The notes beneath the pieces were generated by a model. The model did no database searches. It worked only from the letters and a program-made list of their open reading frames with translations, and was not told where the DNA came from. Both the position numbers and the translations under genes were made by a program. From contig JBGTDH010000310.1 of the NCBI GenBank assembly GCA_041748435.1, positions 1-24,276 on the forward strand: a stretch of 24,276 bases of DNA, read 5' to 3'. Positions 8,560 to 15,923 of this stretch are shown here, in pieces (the first letter of the stretch is position 1; each line of letters begins with the position of its first letter). Origin of the DNA: Pirellulales bacterium (GTDB lineage Bacteria > Planctomycetota > Planctomycetia > Pirellulales > JBGTDH01).

Positions 8560-9252
8560 CTAATCCTCTACCAATTGCTGAACCCGATTCTGGCCTTGTT
8601 CCCGCACCTGCAGAGCACGAAGAATTCTGGCCAATCGCACCCACACGGTTTGGACGCAGCCGATGAGGATCACCAGCAATGTGGCATCGAGGATGGACCA
8701 GCCACGATAGCGTATCGCACCGTCGGCCCACCAGAGTAGCCCCAGGGTGGTCCACGAGCCGACATGCAGCGCGACCATTCTCCACGGTTTGGCCATCCAG
8801 CCGCTGAACTCGCGCTGCACGCCCACGGCCTGGCCCAGAGTGCCCACATACGCCACGAGGAGTGCCAGGATCGCGGCCCAGTACCCCAGCAGTGGATGAC
8901 ACAGGCCGCTGTGCGCGACGCCCACAAAGATGGCGACATCGGAGATGCGATCGGGCAGCTCGTTGGCGATCTCGCCGCTGCGGCAGGCTGTTTTGGAGGC
9001 CAGCGCCACCATTCCGTCCAGCATGTTCAACCACAGCCGGAGATAGCACAATCCCACGGCTGCGAGCAATAATCCGGGCCGGACTCCGGCTTGCCAGAAA
9101 CAACCGGCCGCGAAGATTGAAACCGCGATCGAAGAATACGACACTACATTGGCGTGGATCCCCTGCTGCACACACCATTGGACCGGAGAATATGCGGTAC
9201 GTCGGAACCCTCGGGCGATCGGCCGCCGCCACGCAGGTTGATATTCGTTCAT
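8560..9252 (-). CDS. ynbA: CDP-alcohol phosphatidyltransferase family protein (YnbA-like); ORF-track start 9267, ATG 9252 preferred
   Basis: NMLDGMVALASKTACRSGEIANELPDRISD is a CDP-AP motif variant; GPMAKP-like GWMAKPWRM is present; GAGG lies upstream of ATG 9252; first gene of the operon. Confidence 0.85.
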   Translation of the reverse strand: MNEYQPAWRRPIARGFRRTAYSPVQWCVQQGIHANVVSYSSIAVSIFAAGCFWQAGVRPGLLLAAVGLCYLRLWLNMLDGMVALASKTACRSGEIANELPDRISDVAIFVGVAHSGLCHPLLGYWAAILALLVAYVGTLGQAVGVQREFSGWMAKPWRMVALHVGSWTTLGLLWWADGAIRYRGWSILDATLLVILIGCVQTVWVRLARILRALQVREQGQNRVQQLVED

Positions 9253-9387
9253 CGCAACACCTCGCACGGGAAGTCGCCCTCATTCTGGCCTTCTCGATGA
9301 CGAAAGAACAAGGAAACTCACCCGGAATACAATCTGACAATCCAAGGGCGTAAGCCGCGACTCGAATATCACGCAGCGCGGATCGAC

Positions 9388-9399
9388 CGTGATATAATC
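9388..9399 (+). promoter_or_regulatory. Putative extended -10 promoter for the DUF4058 gene
   Basis: CGTGATATAATC (same 12-mer as 3544-3555) is followed by SD GGAGGT at 9405-9410 and ATG 9417. Confidence 0.6.
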
Positions 9400-9416
9400 C
9401 TCCGGGAGGTGCCGCC

Positions 9417-10166
9417 ATGCCGATGCACGATTGGACTCGCGTCGAACCGACGATCTACCATCATTTTCATCAGCAATGGTCTGCGGGGATCAGCACGGCA
9501 TTGAATGCCGGCCTCCTGCCGCCTGGGTTTTCTGCGCTGATCGAGCAGCATGCGGGCGGCCTGGTTCCCGATGTCCTCACCGTGGAGCGCCGGACCAAGC
9601 GTCCTTCCGGCGGTCTGGCCGGGGTCGCCACAATCCCTCGTACGAGGATCCGCGTCGAAGCTCAGCCGCAGAACGTTCTGCTGCAACGGGCAAACCGCAT
9701 TGCCATTCGCCACCGCCTGGGCGAAGTCGTGTGCATCATCGAGATCGTCTCGCCGGGAAACAAGGCCGGCGAATCGGCCGTGCGCCGGTTCGTCGAGAAG
9801 ACGCTGGAGTATCTGCGGGCTGGTGTTCATGTGCTCTTGATCGATCCATTTCCGATTGGTCCGCGCGATCCGCAATCGCTTCACAAGCTGATCTGGGACG
9901 AGATCGAGGAAGTGCCCTTCGAGATGAACAACGACGAGCCGTTGCTGCTGGCGTCGTACTGTGTACGAGACTTGTCCGTGGGACTATCGCCGGTGGCTGA
10001 TTTGGAGCCGTTTTGCGTCAGCGCCGTGATGCCGGACATGCCGGCTTGGATCGATGCGGATTCCTTCGTACATGTGCCGCTGGAGCGGACCTACCAAGCC
10101 GCCTGGGATGTATGCCCGGAAGATTACCGCTACCTGGTCGAACATGGGCGATTGCCCGAGGAATGA
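9417..10166 (+). CDS. DUF4058 family protein (Planctomycete-expanded, Uma2/PD-(D/E)XK nuclease-like fold)
   Basis: Characteristic start MPMHDWTRV...HHFHQQW, plus VPDVL, IIEIVSPGNK, GVHVLLIDPF and VPLERTYQAAW; strong SD. Confidence 0.8.
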   Translation: MPMHDWTRVEPTIYHHFHQQWSAGISTALNAGLLPPGFSALIEQHAGGLVPDVLTVERRTKRPSGGLAGVATIPRTRIRVEAQPQNVLLQRANRIAIRHRLGEVVCIIEIVSPGNKAGESAVRRFVEKTLEYLRAGVHVLLIDPFPIGPRDPQSLHKLIWDEIEEVPFEMNNDEPLLLASYCVRDLSVGLSPVADLEPFCVSAVMPDMPAWIDADSFVHVPLERTYQAAWDVCPEDYRYLVEHGRLPEE

Positions 10167-10388
10167 GCGAGCCTTGCCGTTGGGTTTTAGTTCGAGCGTC
10201 CCATTCCTGCGGCCAGTCGTCGGTGACGCCCTCTCCGATCGCGACTCGCGGCGAAGCGGCTCCGAGACGTGTTGCAGCCTTAGTTCACTTCTGGTAGTGG
10301 CCCTCCACTGGATGAGTGGCCCGCATTAGATCCGGGACCCTTGCATGCCCATTGACCGCCGAAAAGTCTGTTTTGCATGGAGGTATCC

Positions 10389-11087
10389 GTGACTCCACCA
10401 GTTGCGAAAGCATTGCTCCTCGTTCTCGTGCTATCGTCGATTAAAATCGCCCTCGGCGGCGAGGAATTCGGCATGGGTTTCTATGATGAACAGGCGATTG
10501 CCGATCTGAAACGGATTGGTGCTCGATTCGAACTCGACTTCGGCGCGACAAAGAAGATCGATTTGTCGGTAACGGCGGTAGTCGACGCGGACCTAATATA
10601 TGTCGCAAAGATTCGTGATCTCGAATGGCTGATGCTGACAGGGACTCGAATCACCGATTCTGGTCTCGTACATGTACATCTGCGTGGACTTAGCGAACTT
10701 TATCTGCTCAATTTGAGCGAAACTAAGATCGGATGCGGGGCTGGTGCATCTGCAGGGACTTACAAAGCTGCGGGTGCTTGAACTGTTTCGTACGCGTCTC
10801 ACTGACAATGGCTTGGCGAACTTGAAGCCCCGATCTGGTCTTACGTACCTGGACCTGGGACTTACTCGCATCACTGACCGCGGGTTACAACATCTGCGGA
10901 CCTGCAAGAATCTTACTCGGCTCTGAAGAGCCTGTTGCTGAGCGACACGAGGGTGAGTGCCGAGGGCTATCGTCAGTTGAAACAGACGTTTCCCAAGTGC
11001 GACGTCCAGTGGGACCCGCCGAAGCAAGACGCCCTGCGCCAGAACGGACTGAACGAATCGTCCGCCCGGCCGCCCAGGTCGACATGA
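10389..11087 (+). pseudogene. Secreted leucine-rich-repeat protein (Planctomycete type) in three frames
   Basis: GGAGG + GTG 10389 and a signal-like N-terminus. LRR units LMLTGTRITDSGLVH, LNLSETKI|DAGLVHLQGLTKLRVLELFRTRLTDNGLANL and LDLGLTRITDRGLQHL, then a capping segment LKSLLLSDTRVSAEGYRQLKQTFPKCDV. Frame breaks at ~10731 and ~10923. Confidence 0.75.
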
Positions 11088-11257
11088 GAACCCGCCAGAC
11101 GTGGCCCTCAGCGAACGCCGGCCGACGCGGGCCAGCAACCGGGTTGAGGTTGAATCGACCTGATGCGGTGGGCGATACTGAGAGTCGCTCATCCCGGCAT
11201 CATAATCCAACGAGCGCTGGCGTTGCTCCGTTTGGAACGTTCGTGCTTGCGGTTTCT

Positions 11258-11295
11258 GGATTTGTTTGAGATTTGGGGTTTTGAGTTTGGAATTG
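11258..11295. repeat. Degenerate period-7, T-tract repeat (GAGATTT GGGGTTT TGAGTTT GGAATT)
   Basis: TTT tracts end at 11267, 11274, 11281 and 11288, a 7-nt spacing; intergenic. Confidence 0.5.
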
Positions 11296-11315
11296 GAGGC
11301 CGCACGCTGTGGCGT

Positions 11316-11399
11316 GGTCTCCTGATCACTCGACCGAAGGGTCTCCCTCGCCATGTTGGACACCGGCCACACCGAAGGCAGATCGGGGAGACCTGCGGT
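11316..11399. repeat. REP-like imperfect inverted repeat with GGTCTCC/GGAGACC cores, overlapping the coaE start
   Basis: 11333-11347 ACCGAAGGGTCTCCC pairs with 11386-11399 (rc ACCGCAGGTCTCCC). GGTCTCC also occurs at 11316 and ACCGAAGG repeats at 11371. Confidence 0.55.
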
Positions 11400-12042
11400 T
11401 AGCCAGGCGGCGGGGGCAATAGACGCGCGCCGAGGGCGCATCCCCATCATCGGCCTGCTCGGCGGTGTCGCCAGTGGCAAGAGTCTGGTGGCGCGCGCGT
11501 TCGAGGAGTTGGGGGCGGCCCTGTTGGATGGCGATCGCGCGGGGCACGAGGTGCTGCGGATGGAGGAGGTGCGCCAGGCGGTGCGGGAGCGGTGGGGCGA
11601 GGGGGTGTTCGAGGCCACGGGCGAGGTCGATCGTAAAGGTTTGGCGAAAATTGTGTTCGACCCATCCCCAAACGGCCGCGAGGCGTTAGAATACCTGGAG
11701 CAATTAACCCACCCCAGAATCGGCCAACTACTAAGCCAGGAGGCGCAAGCGTTGGTGGCCGCCGGTCGGCACAAGGCCCTGGTGCTCGATGCTCCCGTGA
11801 TGCTCGAAGCCGGCTGGCACACCCTGTGCAACTACCTTGTGTTTGTCGATGCGCCGCGTGAGGCGCGCTTGGCACGCGTCTTGGCTCGAGGTTGGACCGC
11901 AGCGGATTTTACGTCTCGGGAGGCTGCGCAAGAAAGTTTGGATGTGAAACGGGGACACGCCGATGCTATCATTGATAACTCCGGTTCCGCGGAGTCTACC
12001 CGGGCGCAAGTCCAGCGCCTGTGGCACTCCTTGATTGGCTGA
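11353..12042 (+). CDS. coaE: Dephospho-CoA kinase
   Basis: [13 protein letters not shown]-loop, [58 protein letters not shown]. The start codon is uncertain. Confidence 0.93.
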   Translation: MLDTGHTEGRSGRPAVSQAAGAIDARRGRIPIIGLLGGVASGKSLVARAFEELGAALLDGDRAGHEVLRMEEVRQAVRERWGEGVFEATGEVDRKGLAKIVFDPSPNGREALEYLEQLTHPRIGQLLSQEAQALVAAGRHKALVLDAPVMLEAGWHTLCNYLVFVDAPREARLARVLARGWTAADFTSREAAQESLDVKRGHADAIIDNSGSAESTRAQVQRLWHSLIG

Positions 12043-12199
12043 TCGGCCGCCCCGCCTGTTTGATCTCATCTTCGAGCAAGTTCTTCGATCTCGCATTCCT
12101 GTCGTCCTTTCTGATAAGCTGTTGATATCCCCTTCCACCCTCGCCGGTGGCGCCTTCCGCGCGCTCGCCGCACTCCAAATCCTCGGAGCACGTGTCTAC

Positions 12200-13723
12200 A
12201 TGGCTGAAACCAGGAGCGGCAAGCCCACCCGCAAACGCAACGGCCCGAATGCCGATTTCGGGGCCGGTCTGCAAGAGAACGCCAACCCCGGCAATCAATT
12301 GGAACGCGCGCCCGCAACTGCTGAGTCGGTCGGATCGGCCGTCGGCCAACTCGAGCAGGAGCTCGACAAGGAGCCTCTTTCGCTAGCGGAAGAGCTGGCC
12401 GAAGAGGCCGAGTATGGCCGTGGCGACCTGGTCCACGATCGCTACGAGCAAATCAAGCAGGGCGATATCCACATCGCCGAGCTGCAACGCATGAGCATGC
12501 CCCAGCTCATCGAGCAGGCCCGCGAGGAAAACCTGACCGATTACATGGGCATCAAGAAGCAGGATCTGATCTTCAAGATCCTCAAGGAAAGGGTCAAACT
12601 CAACGGCCTGATGTTCGGCGAGGGGACGCTGGAGGTGCTGCCGGACGGCTTCGGTTTCCTGCGCAGTCCCGATTACCATTATCTCTCCTGCCCGGACGAT
12701 ATCTACGTCTCGCCCAGCCAGATCCGCCGCTTTGGGCTGAGGACCGGGGCCACGGTCTCCGGTCAGATTCGCCCACCCAAGGAGAACGAGCGCTACTTCG
12801 CGCTGCTGCGCGTGGAGGCCATCAACTACGAAGACCCGAACATCCTGACCACCAAGGTGTTCTTCGACGATCTTACGCCGCTGCACCCCGAGAAGCGGGT
12901 GATGCTGGAGGCGGAGGCCGACGAGGTGAACATGCGCGTGGTCGATTTGATCGTGCCGATCGGCTTCGGCCAGCGGGGGCTCATCGTCAGTCCGCCGCGA
13001 GCCGGCAAGACGATCCTGCTGCAGAAGATGGCCAAGAGCGTGCTCCGCAATCACCCCGAGTGCTACGTCATCATGCTTTTGATCGACGAGCGCCCGGAAG
13101 AAGTGACCGACATGGAGCGGCAAGTGAAAGGCGCCAATTGCGAGGTCATCAGCTCCACGTTCGATGAGCCTTCCGCCCGGCATATTCAAGTGTCCGAGAT
13201 GGTGATCGAGAAAGCCAAGCGGATGGTCGAGTATGGCCGTGACGTGGTGATCTTCCTGGACTCCATCACGCGCTTGGCGCGCGCCTGGAACCAGGAATGC
13301 CCGCACTCGGGCAAGATTCTCTCCGGTGGCGTGGATGCCAATGCCCTGCAGCGGCCCAAGCGGTTTTTTGGCGCTGCGCGCAAGGTGGAAGAAGGGGGCT
13401 CGCTGACGATCATCGCCACCGCGCTTGTCGAAACCGGCAGCAGGATGGACGAGGTGATCTTCGAGGAGTTCAAGGGCACCGGCAACCAGGAGATCGTGCT
13501 GGACCGCAAGCTGGTCGACAAGCGCATCTGGCCCGCCATCGACATCAACAAAAGCGGCACGCGCAAAGAAGAGATGCTGATGGATCCGGAGGAGTATCGC
13601 CGCGTATGCATTCTCCGCCGCGTGCTGAACGACATGAGCGCCCCGGACGCCATGGAGTTGCTCGTCACGCGGCTGATGAAGACCAAGAGCAACGCCGAAT
13701 TCCTGATGAGCATGAAATCGTAA
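12200..13723 (+). CDS. rho: Transcription termination factor Rho with an acidic N-terminal extension (ORF-track start 12035; ATG 12200 preferred)
   Basis: [72 protein letters not shown]; GGAG lies upstream of 12200. Confidence 0.98.
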   Translation: MAETRSGKPTRKRNGPNADFGAGLQENANPGNQLERAPATAESVGSAVGQLEQELDKEPLSLAEELAEEAEYGRGDLVHDRYEQIKQGDIHIAELQRMSMPQLIEQAREENLTDYMGIKKQDLIFKILKERVKLNGLMFGEGTLEVLPDGFGFLRSPDYHYLSCPDDIYVSPSQIRRFGLRTGATVSGQIRPPKENERYFALLRVEAINYEDPNILTTKVFFDDLTPLHPEKRVMLEAEADEVNMRVVDLIVPIGFGQRGLIVSPPRAGKTILLQKMAKSVLRNHPECYVIMLLIDERPEEVTDMERQVKGANCEVISSTFDEPSARHIQVSEMVIEKAKRMVEYGRDVVIFLDSITRLARAWNQECPHSGKILSGGVDANALQRPKRFFGAARKVEEGGSLTIIATALVETGSRMDEVIFEEFKGTGNQEIVLDRKLVDKRIWPAIDINKSGTRKEEMLMDPEEYRRVCILRRVLNDMSAPDAMELLVTRLMKTKSNAEFLMSMKS

Positions 13724-13782
13724 CAATCAGCTCCGACGCGCCACGGTTACCCGCGACGCGCTTAGCGGAGCGAGAATGTGCC

Positions 13783-14256
13783 ATGCCAACCTATCAAGGC
13801 TCCAAAACCGCTTGCTCCGGCCGACTGGCGATCGTCGTTTCGCGCTATAATGAATCGATCACCTCGCGGTTGCTCGAAGGCGCGCTGACAACGCTTGCCG
13901 GCACAGGCGTGGCCGAGACCGCCATCGATGTGGCGTGGGTTCCCGGGGCGTGGGAAATCCCGCTGGTGGCCGATCGCCTGGCGAACAGTGGAGGCTACGC
14001 CGCCGTAATTTGCTTGGGGGCCGTGATTCGCGGTGAGACCTCGCACGATCAGCACATTAACCGCGCTGTGAGCCTGCAACTGGCCGAGTCCAGCGTCCAC
14101 GCGGGCATTCCGATCTTGTTCGGTCTGCTCACCTGCGATACGCTCGAACAAGCCATCCACCGCTCCGGCGGCAACTCCGGCAATAAAGGACACGAGTGTG
14201 CGATGGCGGCGTTGGAGATGATTGACTTGCTGCGAAAGCTGCCAAGGGGTCAGTAG
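13783..14256 (+). CDS. ribH: 6,7-dimethyl-8-ribityllumazine synthase
   Basis: AIVVSRYNESITSRLLEGA, VPGAWEIP, LGAVIRGETSH, FGLLTCDTLEQAIHRSGG and NKGHECA; ATG 13783 gives the normal 157-aa size. Confidence 0.97.
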   Translation: MPTYQGSKTACSGRLAIVVSRYNESITSRLLEGALTTLAGTGVAETAIDVAWVPGAWEIPLVADRLANSGGYAAVICLGAVIRGETSHDQHINRAVSLQLAESSVHAGIPILFGLLTCDTLEQAIHRSGGNSGNKGHECAMAALEMIDLLRKLPRGQ

Positions 14257-14322
14257 TCCGTTGTCAGTAGTTCGTAGTTACTGACCACTGACCACTAACT
14301 ACTGACCACTAACTTACTGACA
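14248..14322. repeat. Heptamer tandem array in inverted arrangement (GGTCAGT-type x4 / ACTGACC-ACTAACT-type x6)
   Basis: GGTCAGT AGTCCGT TGTCAGT AGTTCGT AGTT | ACTGACC ACTGACC ACTAACT ACTGACC ACTAACT T ACTGACA. It includes the ribH stop and ends 7 nt before the nusB ATG. Confidence 0.85.
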
Positions 14323-14329
14323 TTATTGA

Positions 14330-14773
14330 ATGCCAGGCCGTTCCCGAGCACGTGAAGTCGCCCTGCAGGTCCTCTTTCAAGACGACCTCAACCCGGGCGG
14401 CAGTCCGCGCGTGGCCGATGAGTTCCTGGTCCGCCGGCTGCACGTGCTCGATGCCAGCGTGGGCGCGCGGGTCCCGGCGGAAGATCTCATCGCCTTTGCC
14501 CGCTCGTTGGTGTCGGGTGTCCGTCACAATCGCGAAGATCTGGACGCGCTGCTGGCCCGCACCGCCGAGAACTGGCGGCTGGAGCGAATGGCCGCCACCG
14601 ATCGCAACATCCTGCGGCTGGGCGCCTACGAGATTCTGCATGCCGACACGCCGGACGTCGTGGCCATCGACGAAGCCCTGGAGCTGGCAAAACGCTACGG
14701 CACCGCGCAATCGGCCCAGTTCGTCAACGGCATCCTCGACCGGTTTCTGGAAGGACACGCGAAGGAAGGATGA
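14330..14773 (+). CDS. nusB: Transcription antitermination factor NusB
   Basis: RSRAREVALQVLFQ, ENWRLERMAATDRNILRLGAYEI, VAIDEALELAKRYG, FVNGILD. Confidence 0.97.
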   Translation: MPGRSRAREVALQVLFQDDLNPGGSPRVADEFLVRRLHVLDASVGARVPAEDLIAFARSLVSGVRHNREDLDALLARTAENWRLERMAATDRNILRLGAYEILHADTPDVVAIDEALELAKRYGTAQSAQFVNGILDRFLEGHAKEG

Positions 14774-14861
14774 AGGATGGAAAGGAAGGATGAAGGATGA
14801 AGGATGAAGGATGAGTCAATCAACTCTCCGGTTCATCCTTCATCCTTCCGCCTTCATCCTT
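14766..14861. repeat. Heptamer tandem array in inverted arrangement (AAGGATG x6 / CATCCTT x4)
   Basis: AAGGATG at 14766, 14773, 14786, 14793, 14800 and 14807; CATCCTT at 14834, 14841 and 14855, with variant CCGCCTT at 14848. The central spacer is 20 nt and the array includes the nusB stop. Confidence 0.9.
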
Positions 14862-14877
14862 AGGTTTCGTTTCCCCC

Positions 14878-15810
14878 ATGGGTTTTCTCGATAAGTTCAA
14901 GCAGGGTCTGAAGAAGACCACGCAACTGCTCAACACCGACATCCGCGACCTCTTCAAGAGCGAGGGGCGGCTGGTCGATGACGCCTTCCTGGAAGACTTG
15001 CAGGAAGTGCTGATTAAGACCGACATGGGTGTGCAGCCCTCGGCCGCCATCGTCGAGGAGATCCGCACGCAGTTCCGCGCACGCATTGTGCATATGGAAG
15101 AGGTGCTCGACGTCGTCAAGAAAAAACTCCGCGAGCTGATGGCCCAGCCGGCAGAGCCGATCAAGTTCGCCGCCAGCGGGCCCACCATCATCATGATTGC
15201 CGGCGTGAACGGCGCGGGCAAAACAACCTCCATCGCCAAGCTGTCTTATTTATTCCGCAGTCAGGGAAAGCGCGTGGTGTTGGGCGCCGCAGACACGTTT
15301 CGCGCCGCGGCGGTGGAGCAGCTCACCATCTGGGCCGAGCGGCTGGGCGTCGAGATTGTGACCGGACCTCCCAAGAGCGATCCCGCCAGCGTGGCCCATC
15401 GCGCGGTGGCCAGGGCGATTGAGACCAAGGCCGATGTGTGCATCGTCGACACGGCCGGACGCCTGCACAATCAGTCCAACCTGATGCAGGAGCTGACCAA
15501 GATTCACCGCGTGATCGGCAAACTCATTCCCGATGCTCCGCACGAGATGCTGCTGGTGCTGGACGCGACCACGGGCCAAAGCGGCATCCGGCAGGCAGAG
15601 GCCTTCACCAAAGCGGTGAACTGCACCGGCATCGTGCTGGCGAAGATCGACGGCACGGCCAAAGGGGGCGTCGTCGTTCCTATCCGTCAGCAAGTCGGCC
15701 TGCCGGTGAAATACCTCGGCGTCGGCGAGAAGGCGGAAGACCTGGCCCTGTTCGAAGTCGACGACTTCGTGGAAGCCCTGTTCGCGGGGCTGCTGCCCGT
15801 GAGACCCTGA
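14878..15810 (+). CDS. ftsY: Signal recognition particle receptor FtsY (NG domain only)
   Basis: GVNGAGKTTSIAKL, DTFRAAAVEQL, DTAGRLHN, LDATTGQ, KIDGTAKGG, GVGEKAEDL. Confidence 0.97.
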   Translation: MGFLDKFKQGLKKTTQLLNTDIRDLFKSEGRLVDDAFLEDLQEVLIKTDMGVQPSAAIVEEIRTQFRARIVHMEEVLDVVKKKLRELMAQPAEPIKFAASGPTIIMIAGVNGAGKTTSIAKLSYLFRSQGKRVVLGAADTFRAAAVEQLTIWAERLGVEIVTGPPKSDPASVAHRAVARAIETKADVCIVDTAGRLHNQSNLMQELTKIHRVIGKLIPDAPHEMLLVLDATTGQSGIRQAEAFTKAVNCTGIVLAKIDGTAKGGVVVPIRQQVGLPVKYLGVGEKAEDLALFEVDDFVEALFAGLLPVRP

Positions 15811-15821
15811 GCGCGCAGGAA

Positions 15822-15923
15822 TATCTGGATCGCGGCAAGAGGCGACTGGTCCTGGTGCAAACCGCAATACTCACAGCAGTTTCCAGCCCGATTGCAGACC
15901 GATCTTCGTGTCGCGGCTTCCAT
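15822..15923 (-). pseudogene. HNH endonuclease N-terminal stub (34 codons), truncated before the catalytic His
   Basis: MEAATRRSVCNRAGNCCEYCGLHQDQSPLAAIQI is the standard opening of small HNH nucleases (RA-x-x-CEYC). The expected EHI...GG and later CxxCN are absent; the frame then runs antisense into ftsY. TGATG coupling to the upstream gene. Confidence 0.7.

Noticed and set aside
7601-9418. 605-aa ORF read as one gene
   Set aside because: Only the part below ~8371 is real (cytidylyltransferase). The rest is an off-frame reading of ynbA and the ynbB N-terminus.
10295-10325. AGTGGCCC direct repeat and CCACT/AGTGG mini-hairpin
   Set aside because: Too short to distinguish from chance in GC-rich DNA.
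10593-11831. 412-aa minus-strand ORF
   Set aside because: It crosses coaE antisense, the repeat tract and the LRR relic; no coherent domain.
12383-13726. 447-aa minus-strand ORF
   Set aside because: Antisense shadow of rho, as expected from GC-rich codon bias; no recognisable motifs.
14248-14861. Possible CRISPR array or tRNA/ncRNA gene at the repeats
   Set aside because: Units are 7 nt and directly tandem with no unique spacers, there are no cas genes, and no cloverleaf or known RNA motif is visible.
14820-15239. ORFs ending in KDEGGRMKDE-like peptides (also 14352-14807)
   Set aside because: These are translations of the AAGGATG repeat plus antisense or off-frame nusB/ftsY sequence.
15687-15821. 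C-terminal half of the 79-aa ORF 15687-15926 as real coding sequence
   Set aside because: Most of it is the antisense strand of the ftsY 3' end; HNH similarity ends at about 15822.
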